From Octopus sinensis (Eukaryota), in the NCBI RefSeq assembly GCF_006345805.1, contig NW_021824144.1:1-20966 (forward strand): a stretch of 20,966 nucleotides of DNA. The letters are read 5' to 3'. A program made the translations under genes and the position numbers. Positions 11,530 through 20,966 of this stretch are shown piece by piece. Below the pieces are notes generated by a model. The model did no database searches and was not told where the DNA came from. It saw only the letters and a program-made list of their open reading frames with translations. Positions within the stretch are counted from its first letter, which is position 1. Each line of letters starts with the position of its first letter.

Positions 11530-11852
11530 AAAACAATACCTGTTGTCATAGGTGCCCTAGGAATGATAGCAAAAGGGGCTGATTGCTACCTAGCTCAGAT
11601 GCCAATGAAATCCAAATTTGGCAGAAATTCAAAAGATAGTGCTCATGGCAACTGCCCATATCCTACGTAAAATACTGTCTATGTAATCTCAAATTTTAAA
11701 ACAAACACAGAGTTTTCTTATGGTTACATAAACATTCTCTATGTACAAAACCAAATATATGGCACCATAGGCATAACACCAACATGAACTTCTAACTTGT
11801 TGTCTCTTGAAACTTGGAGCCAACTTGCACAAATACAAAGCAAAAGTCAAAA
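11530..11852 (+). mobile_element. 5'-truncated 3' end of an R4/Dong-like RLE non-LTR retrotransposon (copy 1, frameshifted)
   Basis: Manual translation from 11530 gives KTIPVVIGALGMIAKGADCYLAQMPMKSKF, a +1 shift at 11620, then AEIQKIVLMATAHILRKILSM* (stop 11684-11686). It is homologous to the end of copy 2. A 3' UTR follows, then (AAT)n. Confidence 0.85.
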
Positions 11853-11861
11853 TTAATTATG

Positions 11862-11919
<58 letters not shown>

Positions 11920-11921
<2 letters not shown>

Positions 11922-12430
11922 GTATAGGCTCACACCAGAAAAGGTCACAGAAAACGAGAAAGCAACCATACTCTGGGATATGCCAATACACACAGATAGA
12001 GAAATTAAGACCAACAGACCAGATATAGTTGTCAGAGATCATGAAGGAAAAAAATGCTTTCTAATTGATGTATCAATACCGGCAGATGACAATGTGTCTC
12101 TAAAAGAAATGGAGAAACTCTCAAAACACAAAGACCTGGAAATAGAGGTAACCAGAATGTAGAATCTAAAAACAGAAACAATTCCTATCATAGTAGGTGC
12201 ATTAGGCATGATAAAAAAGTATTCAGACAAATACATAACAAAAACACTAGGACTTACAAACACATATAACATACAGAAAATTGCACTACTGGGCACTGCA
12301 CACATCCTACGCAGAACACTTTCCATACAATAACCATCAGAGCATCACAACAAATCACAGCACATACCCAAGGCACACACAGCTGCGCTCGATAGTGAAG
12401 TGAAAGCACGCTATAAAAATAAAATTACTG
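11920..12430 (+). mobile_element. 5'-truncated 3' end of an R4/Dong-like RLE non-LTR retrotransposon (copy 2), covering the endonuclease domain
   Basis: One frame at 11920-12333: WYRLTPEKVTENEKATILWDMPIHTDREIKTNRPDIVVRDHEGKKCFLIDVSIPADDNVSLKEMEKLSKHKDLEIEVTRM*NLKTETIPIIVGALGMIKKYSDKYITKTLGLTNTYNIQKIALLGTAHILRRTLSIQ*. RPD..LIDVSIP..KE.EK..K(Y/H).DL is the PD-(D/E)xK-type RLE motif of R4/Dong-like elements. There is a premature TAG at 12160-12162, at a position that is normally Trp. (AAT)n flanks both ends. Confidence 0.9.
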
Positions 12431-12509
12431 AATAATAATAATAATAATAATGATGATGATAATAATAATAATAATAATAATGATGATGATAATAATAATA
12501 ATAATAATA

Positions 12510-12547
<38 letters not shown>

Positions 12548-12592
12548 AATAATAATAATAACAATAATAATAATAATAATAATAATAATAAT
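12431..12592. repeat. (AAT)n/(GAT)n microsatellite
   Basis: Seen directly. Confidence 0.95.
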
Positions 12593-12798
12593 TCCAAGGG
12601 TACTCGTTGTCCCCTTTAATATTTGTCTTATGTTCGATCGCTCTCAGTTTAGTATTAAGGAAGACAACAGCAGGGTATCAGTCCAGAAATAGTAAGGGAG
12701 AAATTAACCAGTAAATATCAATGGCTTGTAGATACACGGTGTTTCCTTGTGCAGCCATAATATTCAATAAAGTATATATACAATTTCTATAGAATATC

Positions 12799-13289
<491 letters not shown>

Positions 13290-13946
13290 ATCTTTAGAGA
13301 TAACCTTAACAAGTAATGTAAAGCGCACTGCTAACACAGTAGAACGTGGTATTGACTTATAAAATCGTTTGATATACTTTATAGTATATTTTGGATGTGT
13401 AACGAAATACCGTGTACCTACAAGTCATTAATAAAACATTACGTCTCTATATTATACTTTTAGGCAGAAGAAAGAGGTAGCCGTATGGTTATGTGCGTAA
13501 TTGCGGGTGAGAGGGAAACAGACATACAGGGAGACAGAGAGAGGTGAAAACAAGATACTGTCAACAGCACAAATTATTCAAAATCACATTTTATTAGCAC
13601 ACCGACTGTTTTTTAGTGTTCTCAACTCCTCGTTTTTCTTCTTTGCTCTTCTGTTGTCTTTGGAATCTCTTTTAATCTTTGAGCTGTCCTATGTCTACAT
13701 CCACCTCCTCCTCCGCCGCCGTCACAATTTTCTTCTATTTTCCGAAATTTTTTTGTTGTTTTCTTTTCGTTATTGAGTCTTCTACCTCCTCTACTCTTTG
13801 CCTTCTCTTTTTACGCTTTTATTTCATTTTCTTCTTTTCTTTCTCCACCTTCATCTACTGCTACTACTATTTACCAGTTAGGCAAGTCCGCGAGTCTCAC
13901 CTTCCTCTTCATCTTCTTCTTCTTCGTCTTCTTCATCTTCATCTTG

Positions 13947-13947
<1 letters not shown>

Positions 13948-13979
<32 letters not shown>

Positions 13980-14080
13980 ACTACTACTACTACCACTACT
14001 ACTACTACTACTACCACTACTACTACTACCACCACTACTACTACTACTACTACTACCACTACTACTACTACCACACCACC

Positions 14081-14115
<35 letters not shown>

Positions 14116-14150
14116 CACTACTACTACTACTACTTCTCCTCCTCCTCCTC
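13948..14150. repeat. (CTA)n/(CCA)n/(CCT)n microsatellite within a wider low-complexity region (13690-14550)
   Basis: Seen directly. Confidence 0.95.
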
Positions 14151-14962
14151 CCACTAACTCTTTTTCTTCTTCCTATTCGTCGTCATCGTCATTATTGCCT
14201 TCGACTACATCGTCCTTTCCTATTTCTTCTGTTTCTTCTCTTCCTCCTCCTCCTCCTCTACTCCTTTTTCACCTACTAATTCTTCCCCTTCCCTTCATAT
14301 TTCTTGTTCTTCTTTGTTGTCGTCGCCTTCTTCTTCTTCTTCTTGTTTACTCTCTATCTTTTTCTCTTATCTTCATTTTTTCTTTCATCTCTGCCGCCAC
14401 CTTTACGATCATCTCTATATCACTAACCCCCAAGGCTCCGCCATCACCACAAAAACCATCATCACCACCATCACCACCACAACCAACCACAACCAACCAC
14501 AACCAACCACAACCACTACCTCCACCACCACCTCCTTCACCAACCAACCGTAATTCCATTATATCCCTGTTCTGTTGTTGAAACGACGTCAAATGTCACA
14601 GCTTGTCTTTCCTGATGACTTCTTCACCAACAACACATATTTGCGGTCTTTTATTGTTGCGGTTAACTGTCGGCTTAGTGGTGGCAGGAGGTGGTATTGG
14701 TGGGAGAAGGTGGATTACAGGAGATTGTCTTAAGTGATCACTTAGTGTCGCATCTACATCGCAATCTTCGCGTTCGTCTCCATCATCACTGCCATCGTCT
14801 TCGTCGTCATCATCGCCATGGTTTTTTAACTTTCTCGTTTTTAATGTCTCGTGTAGTTTGGTTTAGCGCCGCGTCAAATGTGATCCAGCTGTCCAATAAC
14901 AGAACGGGTTCCAATCATGACCATCATGTCATTTATCTAGACAAGTGTCTCGTAGCCACTGC

Positions 14963-14965
14963 ATA

Positions 14966-15035
<70 letters not shown>
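14963..15035. repeat. (TA)n microsatellite
   Basis: Seen directly. Confidence 0.95.
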
Positions 15036-15587
15036 GAGGGCATTATTATACATACATGCCTCACGCTAAGAGGGACATTAGTCATTTCTACCAAAAATTT
15101 TACTAATCATACCCAATGCAATTTTTCAAAGCAAGACATTTAAAAAAATGAATTTAGTCTTGTATCACCTGTGATTTCGTACTTACCGCAGAGATTTGCG
15201 ACCGTACTCATCAGCAAGACTGATTCTGAACATATCATAAATAAACGACCTGTACCGCCAAAGCCGAACAGCCAACTGCTCCACTCCAACGAAGCACATG
15301 GGGAAGTTTACATATAATACATCCGGTAAATGGCGGGCTTCTTCGAATTGCATTTCGGATCGGAAAAGTTTTTTCGGAATAAAATTATTTAACAATTAAG
15401 GATAACTTCTTAATAAGGAATCTTAACAAGAAATTATCAGGTAGATAGCGTGAAAAACCTCATAAGAGAAAAATTTCGAAAATAATTCTTTCTTATTGAA
15501 CATATTAATTTATATATAGAGGGCATTATTATACATACATGCCTCACGCTAAGAGGGACATTAGTCATTTCTACCAAAAATTTTACT
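15025..15587 (+). repeat. Perfect 80-bp direct repeat (15025-15104 and 15508-15587) separated by 403 bp
   Basis: Seen: ATTTATATATAGAGGGCATTATTATACATACATGCCTCACGCTAAGAGGGACATTAGTCATTTCTACCAAAAATTTTACT is identical in both copies by eye. Confidence 0.9.
15181..15380 (-). promoter_or_regulatory. Candidate promoter / first exon: CpG-rich patch with ETS- and YY1-like motifs, ending at a GTAAGT donor
   Basis: Seen: more than a dozen CpGs in about 200 bp, minus-strand CCGCCATTT (YY1-like) next to CCGGATGT (ETS-like) at about 15318-15337, and the donor CTGCG|GTAAGT (intron would start at 15186). The function is inferred. Confidence 0.4.
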
Positions 15588-15848
15588 CTGTTACTAATAT
15601 TGGCTATCGGGTTTTTGAATAGTACAGGAGAGTGACAAGACTGTCTGTGTATATATGCGAGTTTCTCATTATGCTTATGGAAAGGTTTATACGAAGCGGA
15701 GTTTAGATCTAGGGAAACAGCTAAATAAACTATAGAGAGGCTAGTAGCTACTGTAATTTAAAGTCTTAATTGATTAAAGCAAAGAAAAAGAAAAACAGTC
15801 AACTCAGGAGGAATAAGTTATGAATAATGTTGTATTACGGAGATGTGT

Positions 15849-16230
15849 GGAGGCGCAATGGCCCAGTGGTTAGGGCAGCGGACTCGCGGTCATAGGATCG
15901 CGGTTTCGATTCCCAGACCGGGCGTTGTGAGTGTTTATTGAGCGAAAACACCTAAAGCTCCACGAGGCTCCAGCAGGGGATGGTGGTGATCCCTGCTGTA
16001 CTCTTTCACCACAACTTTCTCTCACTCTTACTTCCTGTTTCTGTTGTACCTGTATTTCAAGGGCCGGCCATGTCACTCTCTGTGTGACGCGGAATATCCC
16101 CGAGAACTACGTTAAGGGTACACGTGTCTGTGGAGTGCTCAGCCACTTACACGTTAATTTCACGAGCAGGCTGTTCCGTTGATCGGATCAACCGGAACCC
16201 TCATCGTCGTAACCGACGGAGTGCTTCCAC
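15849..16230 (+). mobile_element. Full-length tRNA-derived SINE type C
   Basis: A-box TGGCCCAGTGG at 15859-15869 and B-box GGTTTCGATTCCC at 15902-15914. The 3' 180 bp (16046-16224) is homologous to 18992-19174. Confidence 0.9.
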
Positions 16231-16631
16231 ATATAAACATGAGAGTATTTTGCACCCAAAAGTCAGTGTGAAGATTTCTTTCGTGGTAACTACCGCAATG
16301 AAGTTTGTCCTAAAAGAAAATCCACGTCTAAGTGGGGATGAATATTACTTCTTAGTCATTGATAGGAAGGACCTGTCGCTCGTATCAATTCGCAGCTTCT
16401 GCCTTTCTGGTATCTGTTGCTGAAGAGGAGATAACCATTCCGAAGTGCATGCATCCAACAGTCTTTTTAGAGGGTGCTGTGAACTAACTCGTATTTATAC
16501 CTATTTGTCTACAAGCGAGAAATTTCCCCATGAGAAAATACAGTGAATAGCTTTCTTACAGGTTCGAATATATCTCAAGCACATTTGAACTGGTAACAAG
16601 TATGTATTTAATCATATCACTGTCACCTCGT

Positions 16632-16664
16632 ATACATACATACATACATACATACATACATACA

Positions 16665-16695
<31 letters not shown>

Positions 16696-17386
16696 TGGGT
16701 TGTCCGGAAAGTTCGTGCCGATTTTTAAAGGAAAGAAAAAGGTCAATAAATACTTGCCATTACATTTTTAATCAACCAAATATGAACCATTTTGTTGCAC
16801 AATGCGTCTCCATCTTTCCTTTAACTTGAAAATACCCTCTCTCCAGAACTGAGATGGTTTCGTGGCAAAGAATTCATCAAGGTATCTTTTTATGTCATCC
16901 AAGGAATTGCAATTTTTACCATTAAAACTATTCTGCAGAGACCTGAATAAGTGGAAATCCGAAGGAGCAATATCTAGTGAATATGGAGGGTGGGGTAACA
17001 CATCCCAGCTGAGCTGCAGCAATTTTTATCTGGTTCCCAAAGCATCAAGTGCCGAAAATGAACTTTCTTATCTTCCATTTTAAAGGGTTACAGAATTAAC
17101 ACAGGTTATAGGAACATAAACCTTCTTCCACAAAAAGATAGCTTAAACTGTGCTCTAAATGGAGGTGTAGTCAAATCCTATTTTATGGACTCAACCATGT
17201 CCTAAAATAAGTCGAAAGGTAAGCTACTATAAATCGGCACGAACTTTCCGGACAACGCGATACATACATACATACATACATACATACATACATACATACA
17301 TACATACATACATACAAACAAACATACATACATACATACATACATACATACATACATACATACATACATACATACATACATACATA
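16632..17386. repeat. (TACA)n microsatellite split by the mariner insertion (16632-16694 and 17261-17386)
   Basis: Seen directly. Confidence 0.9.
16695..17260 (-). mobile_element. Internally deleted mariner (DD34D) transposon, 566 bp, both TIRs present
   Basis: 30-bp TIRs at 16695-16724 (TTGGGTTGTCCGGAAAGTTCGTGCCGATTT) and 17231-17260 match at 28/30, with TA on both sides. The minus strand gives the N-terminus MEDKKVHFRHLMLWE (ATG at 17078) fused at about 17034 to the C-terminus ..LLQLSWDVLPHPPYSLDIAPSDFHLFRSLQN..WREGIFKLKERWRRIVQQNGSYLVD* (stop at 16768). This carries the mariner YSPDLAPxD motif as YSLDIAPSD. Confidence 0.95.
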
Positions 17387-17678
17387 CTGGATTAGACCGA
17401 AAGGAATGAACTTTTGTTTTCATATGACCCGACAAAAACAGTAAAATAAACAATTGCCTACAAAGATATTTACAACAAATGCTGCACAAATTAGGCTCAT
17501 TAAAATATTATATTAATTACCTAATCAGGCTTCTGTACTCCTTTAGTCACATATTCTGCACGAGAATTCTAAATTACGAAAGTGAAGAATCAAGGGAGCG
17601 TTCACTTCATGAATATCTCTGCACTTCCAGACAATTATTCTATAAATTTTATCGAGACATTGGTGTTGTTCTTGCTAT

Positions 17679-17680
17679 TA

Positions 17681-17733
<53 letters not shown>

Positions 17734-17739
17734 ATGATG

Positions 17740-17771
<32 letters not shown>

Positions 17772-17828
17772 GGTGTGGTGGTAGTAGTAGTAGTAGTAGT
17801 AGTGGTAGTGGTAGTAGTGGTAGTGGTG

Positions 17829-17860
<32 letters not shown>

Positions 17861-18085
17861 GGTAGTAGTAGAGGCAGCAGTAGTAGTAGCGGCAGTAGTG
17901 GTAGTAATAGTAGTAGTAGTTGTTGTAGGTGTACTAGCCGTTGTTTTTGTAGCGGTGGTGGTGGTGCTGGTGCTGGTACTAATGTTAATCCTGGTGTGGT
18001 GGTACTAATGCTAATGCTGGTGGTGATGGTGGTGGTGGTGGTGGTGGTGGTGGTGATAGTGGTGGTGGTGGTGATGGTTGTGGTG
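17679..18085. repeat. (GTA)n/(GTG)n trinucleotide mosaic
   Basis: Seen directly. Confidence 0.95.
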
Positions 18086-18214
18086 GCCGGTATCGTTTAA
18101 CCTTAAGTCAACCCAGATTAAGCTGACGTAGGATCAAAGAATTGTTCCAATCTTGTTTTCTTTTCCTCTGTAGTTCTGTACGCGTGCGTTGTATGCGAGT
18201 GTGTCTGAGGGTGT

Positions 18215-18280
18215 GTGTATGTGTGTGTGTGAGAGAGAGAGAGAGAGAGTGAGAGAGTGAGGGAGAGTGAGAGAGAGAGA
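18215..18280. repeat. (TG)n-(AG)n microsatellite
   Basis: Seen directly. Confidence 0.9.
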
Positions 18281-18471
18281 CGATGGAGTAGGCGATTGGA
18301 CATAGAAAAACCAATCAAGACGTATATATTTCAAGATACATATAGAAACAATAAAATAGTGACGACGGATACCTTTCTGCAATGTGAAAAGGAAAATGTT
18401 TAATAATCTTTATATTTCAGGTGCAAAGGCACATTATCAGCAATAAAAAGCCAACAAATGATTGCCTGTAC

Positions 18472-18735
18472 AAGTGATTCTCAACCGAGGTCCTTATGGC
18501 CCCTGGGGGTTCCGTGTATGATTTTGTTGCTAAAATTTTTATAAATTTTATAAATTGGTTATAATTTTCTAATGCAAGAAAAAATATTTTAACAATATTT
18601 TTTACACAATTCCTTGTAATATTTAATTATAAAAATATATGTTTTTAAAATATCGAATGGCTAAGAGGGTCCATTTAAATAAAATGGGAATCAAAGAGGT
18701 CCATAGGTAAAAAAAAAAATGGTTGGGAAGCACTT
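18472..18735. mobile_element. hAT-type MITE (264 bp)
   Basis: 15-bp TIRs: AAGTGATTCTCAACC (18472-18486), and the reverse complement of 18721-18735 is AAGTGCTTCCCAACC (13/15). The 8-bp flanks GCCTGTAC (18464-18471) and GTCTATAC (18736-18743) differ by two transitions, consistent with an aged 8-bp TSD. The TIR resembles the Charlie/MER5-type CAGTGGTTCTCAAC. The interior is AT-rich and non-coding. Confidence 0.75.
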
Positions 18736-18884
18736 GTCTATACAGTACCGATCATGTTTGTTGCTGTACGGGTTGTGACTCTGTGGCGATCTTCAGACTA
18801 ATTGTGGTTATTATTAAGCGACATCAACAATTCTCGAAACGGTACCGACACCGAAATTTTTTCCCACGAGAGTTCCGCACCCCA

Positions 18885-19176
18885 GTCATGATCGTAAGGT
18901 TGTGAGTTCGATTCCCGGTGACGCGTTGTGTCCTTGAGCAAGACACCTCATTTCACGTTGCTCCAGTCCACTCAGCTGGCAAAATTGAGTAGTACCTGTA
19001 TTTCAAAAAACGCCAGCCTTGTTACACTCTGTGTCACGCTGAATGTCCCTAAGAACTACGTTAAAGGTACACGTGTCTATGGAATACTCGGCCACTTGCA
19101 CGTTAATTTCACGAGCAAGCTGTTCCGTTGATCGTATCAGCTGCGGCCCTCGTCGTCGCAACTGACGGAGTGCTCC
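18885..19176 (+). mobile_element. SINE type C variant, head partly lost
   Basis: B-box GAGTTCGATTCCC at about 18905-18917 and GTGTCCTTGAGCAAGACAC. The 3' region 18992-19174 is homologous to 16046-16224 and is followed by (TA)n. Confidence 0.85.
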
Positions 19177-19177
19177 T

Positions 19178-19250
19178 TTATATATATATATATAGTATAT
19201 ATATGGTGTGTATATATAATATATATTATATATATATATTATATATATAT
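19178..19250. repeat. (TA)n microsatellite
   Basis: Seen directly. Confidence 0.9.
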
Positions 19251-19465
19251 AAAATAGTGTGCATTTAAGCACAAAGAGGAATTACCTATAACAGGCAATT
19301 TATACACGACCGAAGACCAGAAAGAATTTTAGTAATTTCAAAGGGAATGAAAAAACACAATCTTTTACCTTGTTTTTCCGGTTATACCTATAAGTTTCGA
19401 ATTTTTTAATACATAAATTAAAATAATTTAATTTACCGGGTAAATCCTCTTCAGTAACCGAGCTT

Positions 19466-19616
19466 CAGTTAATTATGTTTTTTATATTCTCCTCTCAGAT
19501 TCACACACTCATTGAAGCGATTCTTCAATCTTTCTAAGCCCTGCAAAAGAACTCGGAAGGTTGGGCCCCCAACCAGACCATTCTCAATACTTTTAAAGCC
19601 AGGAACTTTTCAGTAC
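19466..19616 (-). mobile_element. Remnant of a second mariner-derived non-autonomous element; its TIR is interrupted by a SINE and completed at 19876-19892
   Basis: Minus strand 19543-19469 encodes QGLERLKNRFNECVNLRGEYKKHN*, which resembles the mariner C-terminus (compare EGIFKLKERWRRIVQQNGSYLVD* in the 16695-17260 element). The rejoined end TA-CGAGATGGTACTGAAAAGTTCCTGGCTTT resembles Hsmar2/irritans-type TIRs. The second TIR is not seen. Confidence 0.65.
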
Positions 19617-19849
19617 ATATTTCTTTATTACCCACAAGGGGCTAAACACAGAGGGGACAAACAAGGACAGACATAGGTATTAAGTCGATTACATCGACCC
19701 CAGTGCGTAACTGGTACTTAATTTATCGACCCCGAAAGGATGAAAGGCAAAGTCGACCTCGGCGAAATTTGAACTCACAACGTAACGCAGACGAAATACC
19801 GGTAAGCATTTCGCCCGGCGTGCTAACGTTTCTCCCAGCTCGCCGCCTT
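19617..19849 (-). mobile_element. Full-length tRNA-derived SINE type A with an alternative 3' tail
   Basis: Minus strand: AAGGCGGCGAGCTGGGAGAAACGTTAGC..GAGTTCAAATTTCGCCGAGGTCGACTTTGCCTTTCATCCTTTCGGGGTCGATAAATTAAGTACCAG..CTGGGGTCGATGTAATCGACTTAA. The tail GTTTGTCCCCTCTGTGTTTAGCCCCTTGTGGGTAATAAAGAAAT differs from the tails at 329-553 and 10465-10610. Confidence 0.9.
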
Positions 19850-20527
19850 ATGTACCATCTTTTCAGTACCGCCTTTTCAGTACCATCTCGTATGTTTCTC
19901 ACTTCAGCAGGTGTCATCAACAGGGAGAAGGCTGTATTTCTAATTCCAGCTACTTACATGCACACAATACTCGCTACTTATATACACGGAAAATTGAAAC
20001 GAAGCAAGAGTAAATATGGTGTACTCAGTGGAGTACATATGTGTCATATTGTCAAGTATGTAAGTATGTATCCTACTAGGAAGTCAATTTTGTGTAGAGC
20101 AATTCGAAATTGTTTCACTTTTTGTTCTCGGATCTTCTCAGCGTCATTTGTTGGCTAAAGGTGTGTCAGATTTTCTGCATATTTGTCCGTTTTAGTCAGT
20201 CATAAATTCAACCGCTGTGCTTGCTTGTCACAAAGAGATTCTATATTTTTCAGATTACATAAAGATACGGTTCCCAAAACAAATCGAACAATAGAAGAAT
20301 ATTTGCTGCGATGGTTTTATTATTGTGTTTATTTTCCTTCTATTCTTTTACTGTATATATCATAGCTCCAGATAAATTAAATTTATGATTATTTGTTGAG
20401 TACTTTCTGGCTAAAAACTTAATTTCGCTAATATTAAATTTGGTGTAATCCTGTGCAGTCCATATCTGTCTTATCACCAAATACAAAAACGCACTAATGC
20501 ATGCATACAAACGCACATACACCTGTC

Positions 20528-20800
20528 CATACATACACACACACATACACACACACATACATACATACATACATACATACATGCATACATACATACATAC
20601 ATACACACATACATACATACATACATACATACATACATACATACATACAAACATACATACATACATACATACATACATACATACAAACATACATACATAC
20701 ATACATACATACATACATACATACATACATGCATGCATGCATACATGCATACATACATACATACATACATACATACATACATACATACATACATACATAC
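20528..20800. repeat. (TACA)n microsatellite, ~270 bp
   Basis: Seen directly. Confidence 0.95.
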
Positions 20801-20966
20801 ATGATGATTGCTTCATCTTCACAGATGCATGCCGTCTCCTTTGTGTTTCCTTGTTGTCGCTTTTGACTTTCCGTCCGTGACTTCCCAGATGGCAATTCTG
20901 TACCGTTGCAGGTCTGCATGTTTTCGGAGAATAGATAACAATGCGGAAGTTATAACTTACTGTGCG

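Noticed and set aside
13501-14592. 300-aa and other ORFs rich in Y/T/L/S/P
   Set aside because: They are CTA/CCA/CTT repeat artefacts in overlapping frames, with no recognisable protein.
15849-15920. tRNA gene (A and B boxes), likewise 13215-13289
   Set aside because: There is no complete cloverleaf or acceptor stem, and the sequence continues into a multi-copy body. These are SINE heads.
18092-18145. Short fragment resembling another octopus SINE tail
   Set aside because: It is too short and diverged, with no second copy in the window to support it.
19470-19500. + strand acceptor TTCTCCTCTCAG at 19498
   Set aside because: It lies inside the mariner remnant and is explained by antisense transposase sequence.
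19930-20065. Possible 110-nt + strand exon (TTCCAG|..AAGTAT|GTAAGT), and similar isolated acceptors at 16561, 18172 and 18420
   Set aside because: I recognise no peptide and cannot build a consistent exon chain, so they are unsupported without RNA data.

Overview
Repeat-dominated, AT-rich animal genomic DNA. It is most likely Octopus; this is inferred from SINE and MITE families I recognise from octopus genomes and was not verified by a search. Much of the window is simple repeats (TA, TACA, CT, TG, AAT, CAT/GAT, CTT, GGT, TAG), and nearly all supplied ORFs are artefacts of these. No host protein-coding gene can be named with confidence. Recognisable content: (i) eight copies of three tRNA-headed SINE types; (ii) a 5'-truncated CR1-like LINE 3' end; (iii) a 2.3-kb (AAT)n array at 10326-12592 holding two different 5'-truncated R4/Dong-like restriction-like-endonuclease (RLE) retrotransposon ends, a 540-bp non-coding element and a SINE fragment; (iv) an internally deleted DD34D mariner with both TIRs, inserted in (TACA)n; (v) a second mariner-derived remnant whose TIR is interrupted by a SINE; (vi) a hAT-type MITE with an 8-bp TSD. 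The most notable observations are the TAA-targeted insertion cluster, a CpG-rich island with ETS/YY1-like motifs and a GTAAGT donor that is bracketed by a perfect 80-bp direct repeat (15025-15587), and a core motif with a conserved GTCGA-N5-TCGAC hairpin shared by two otherwise different SINE types.
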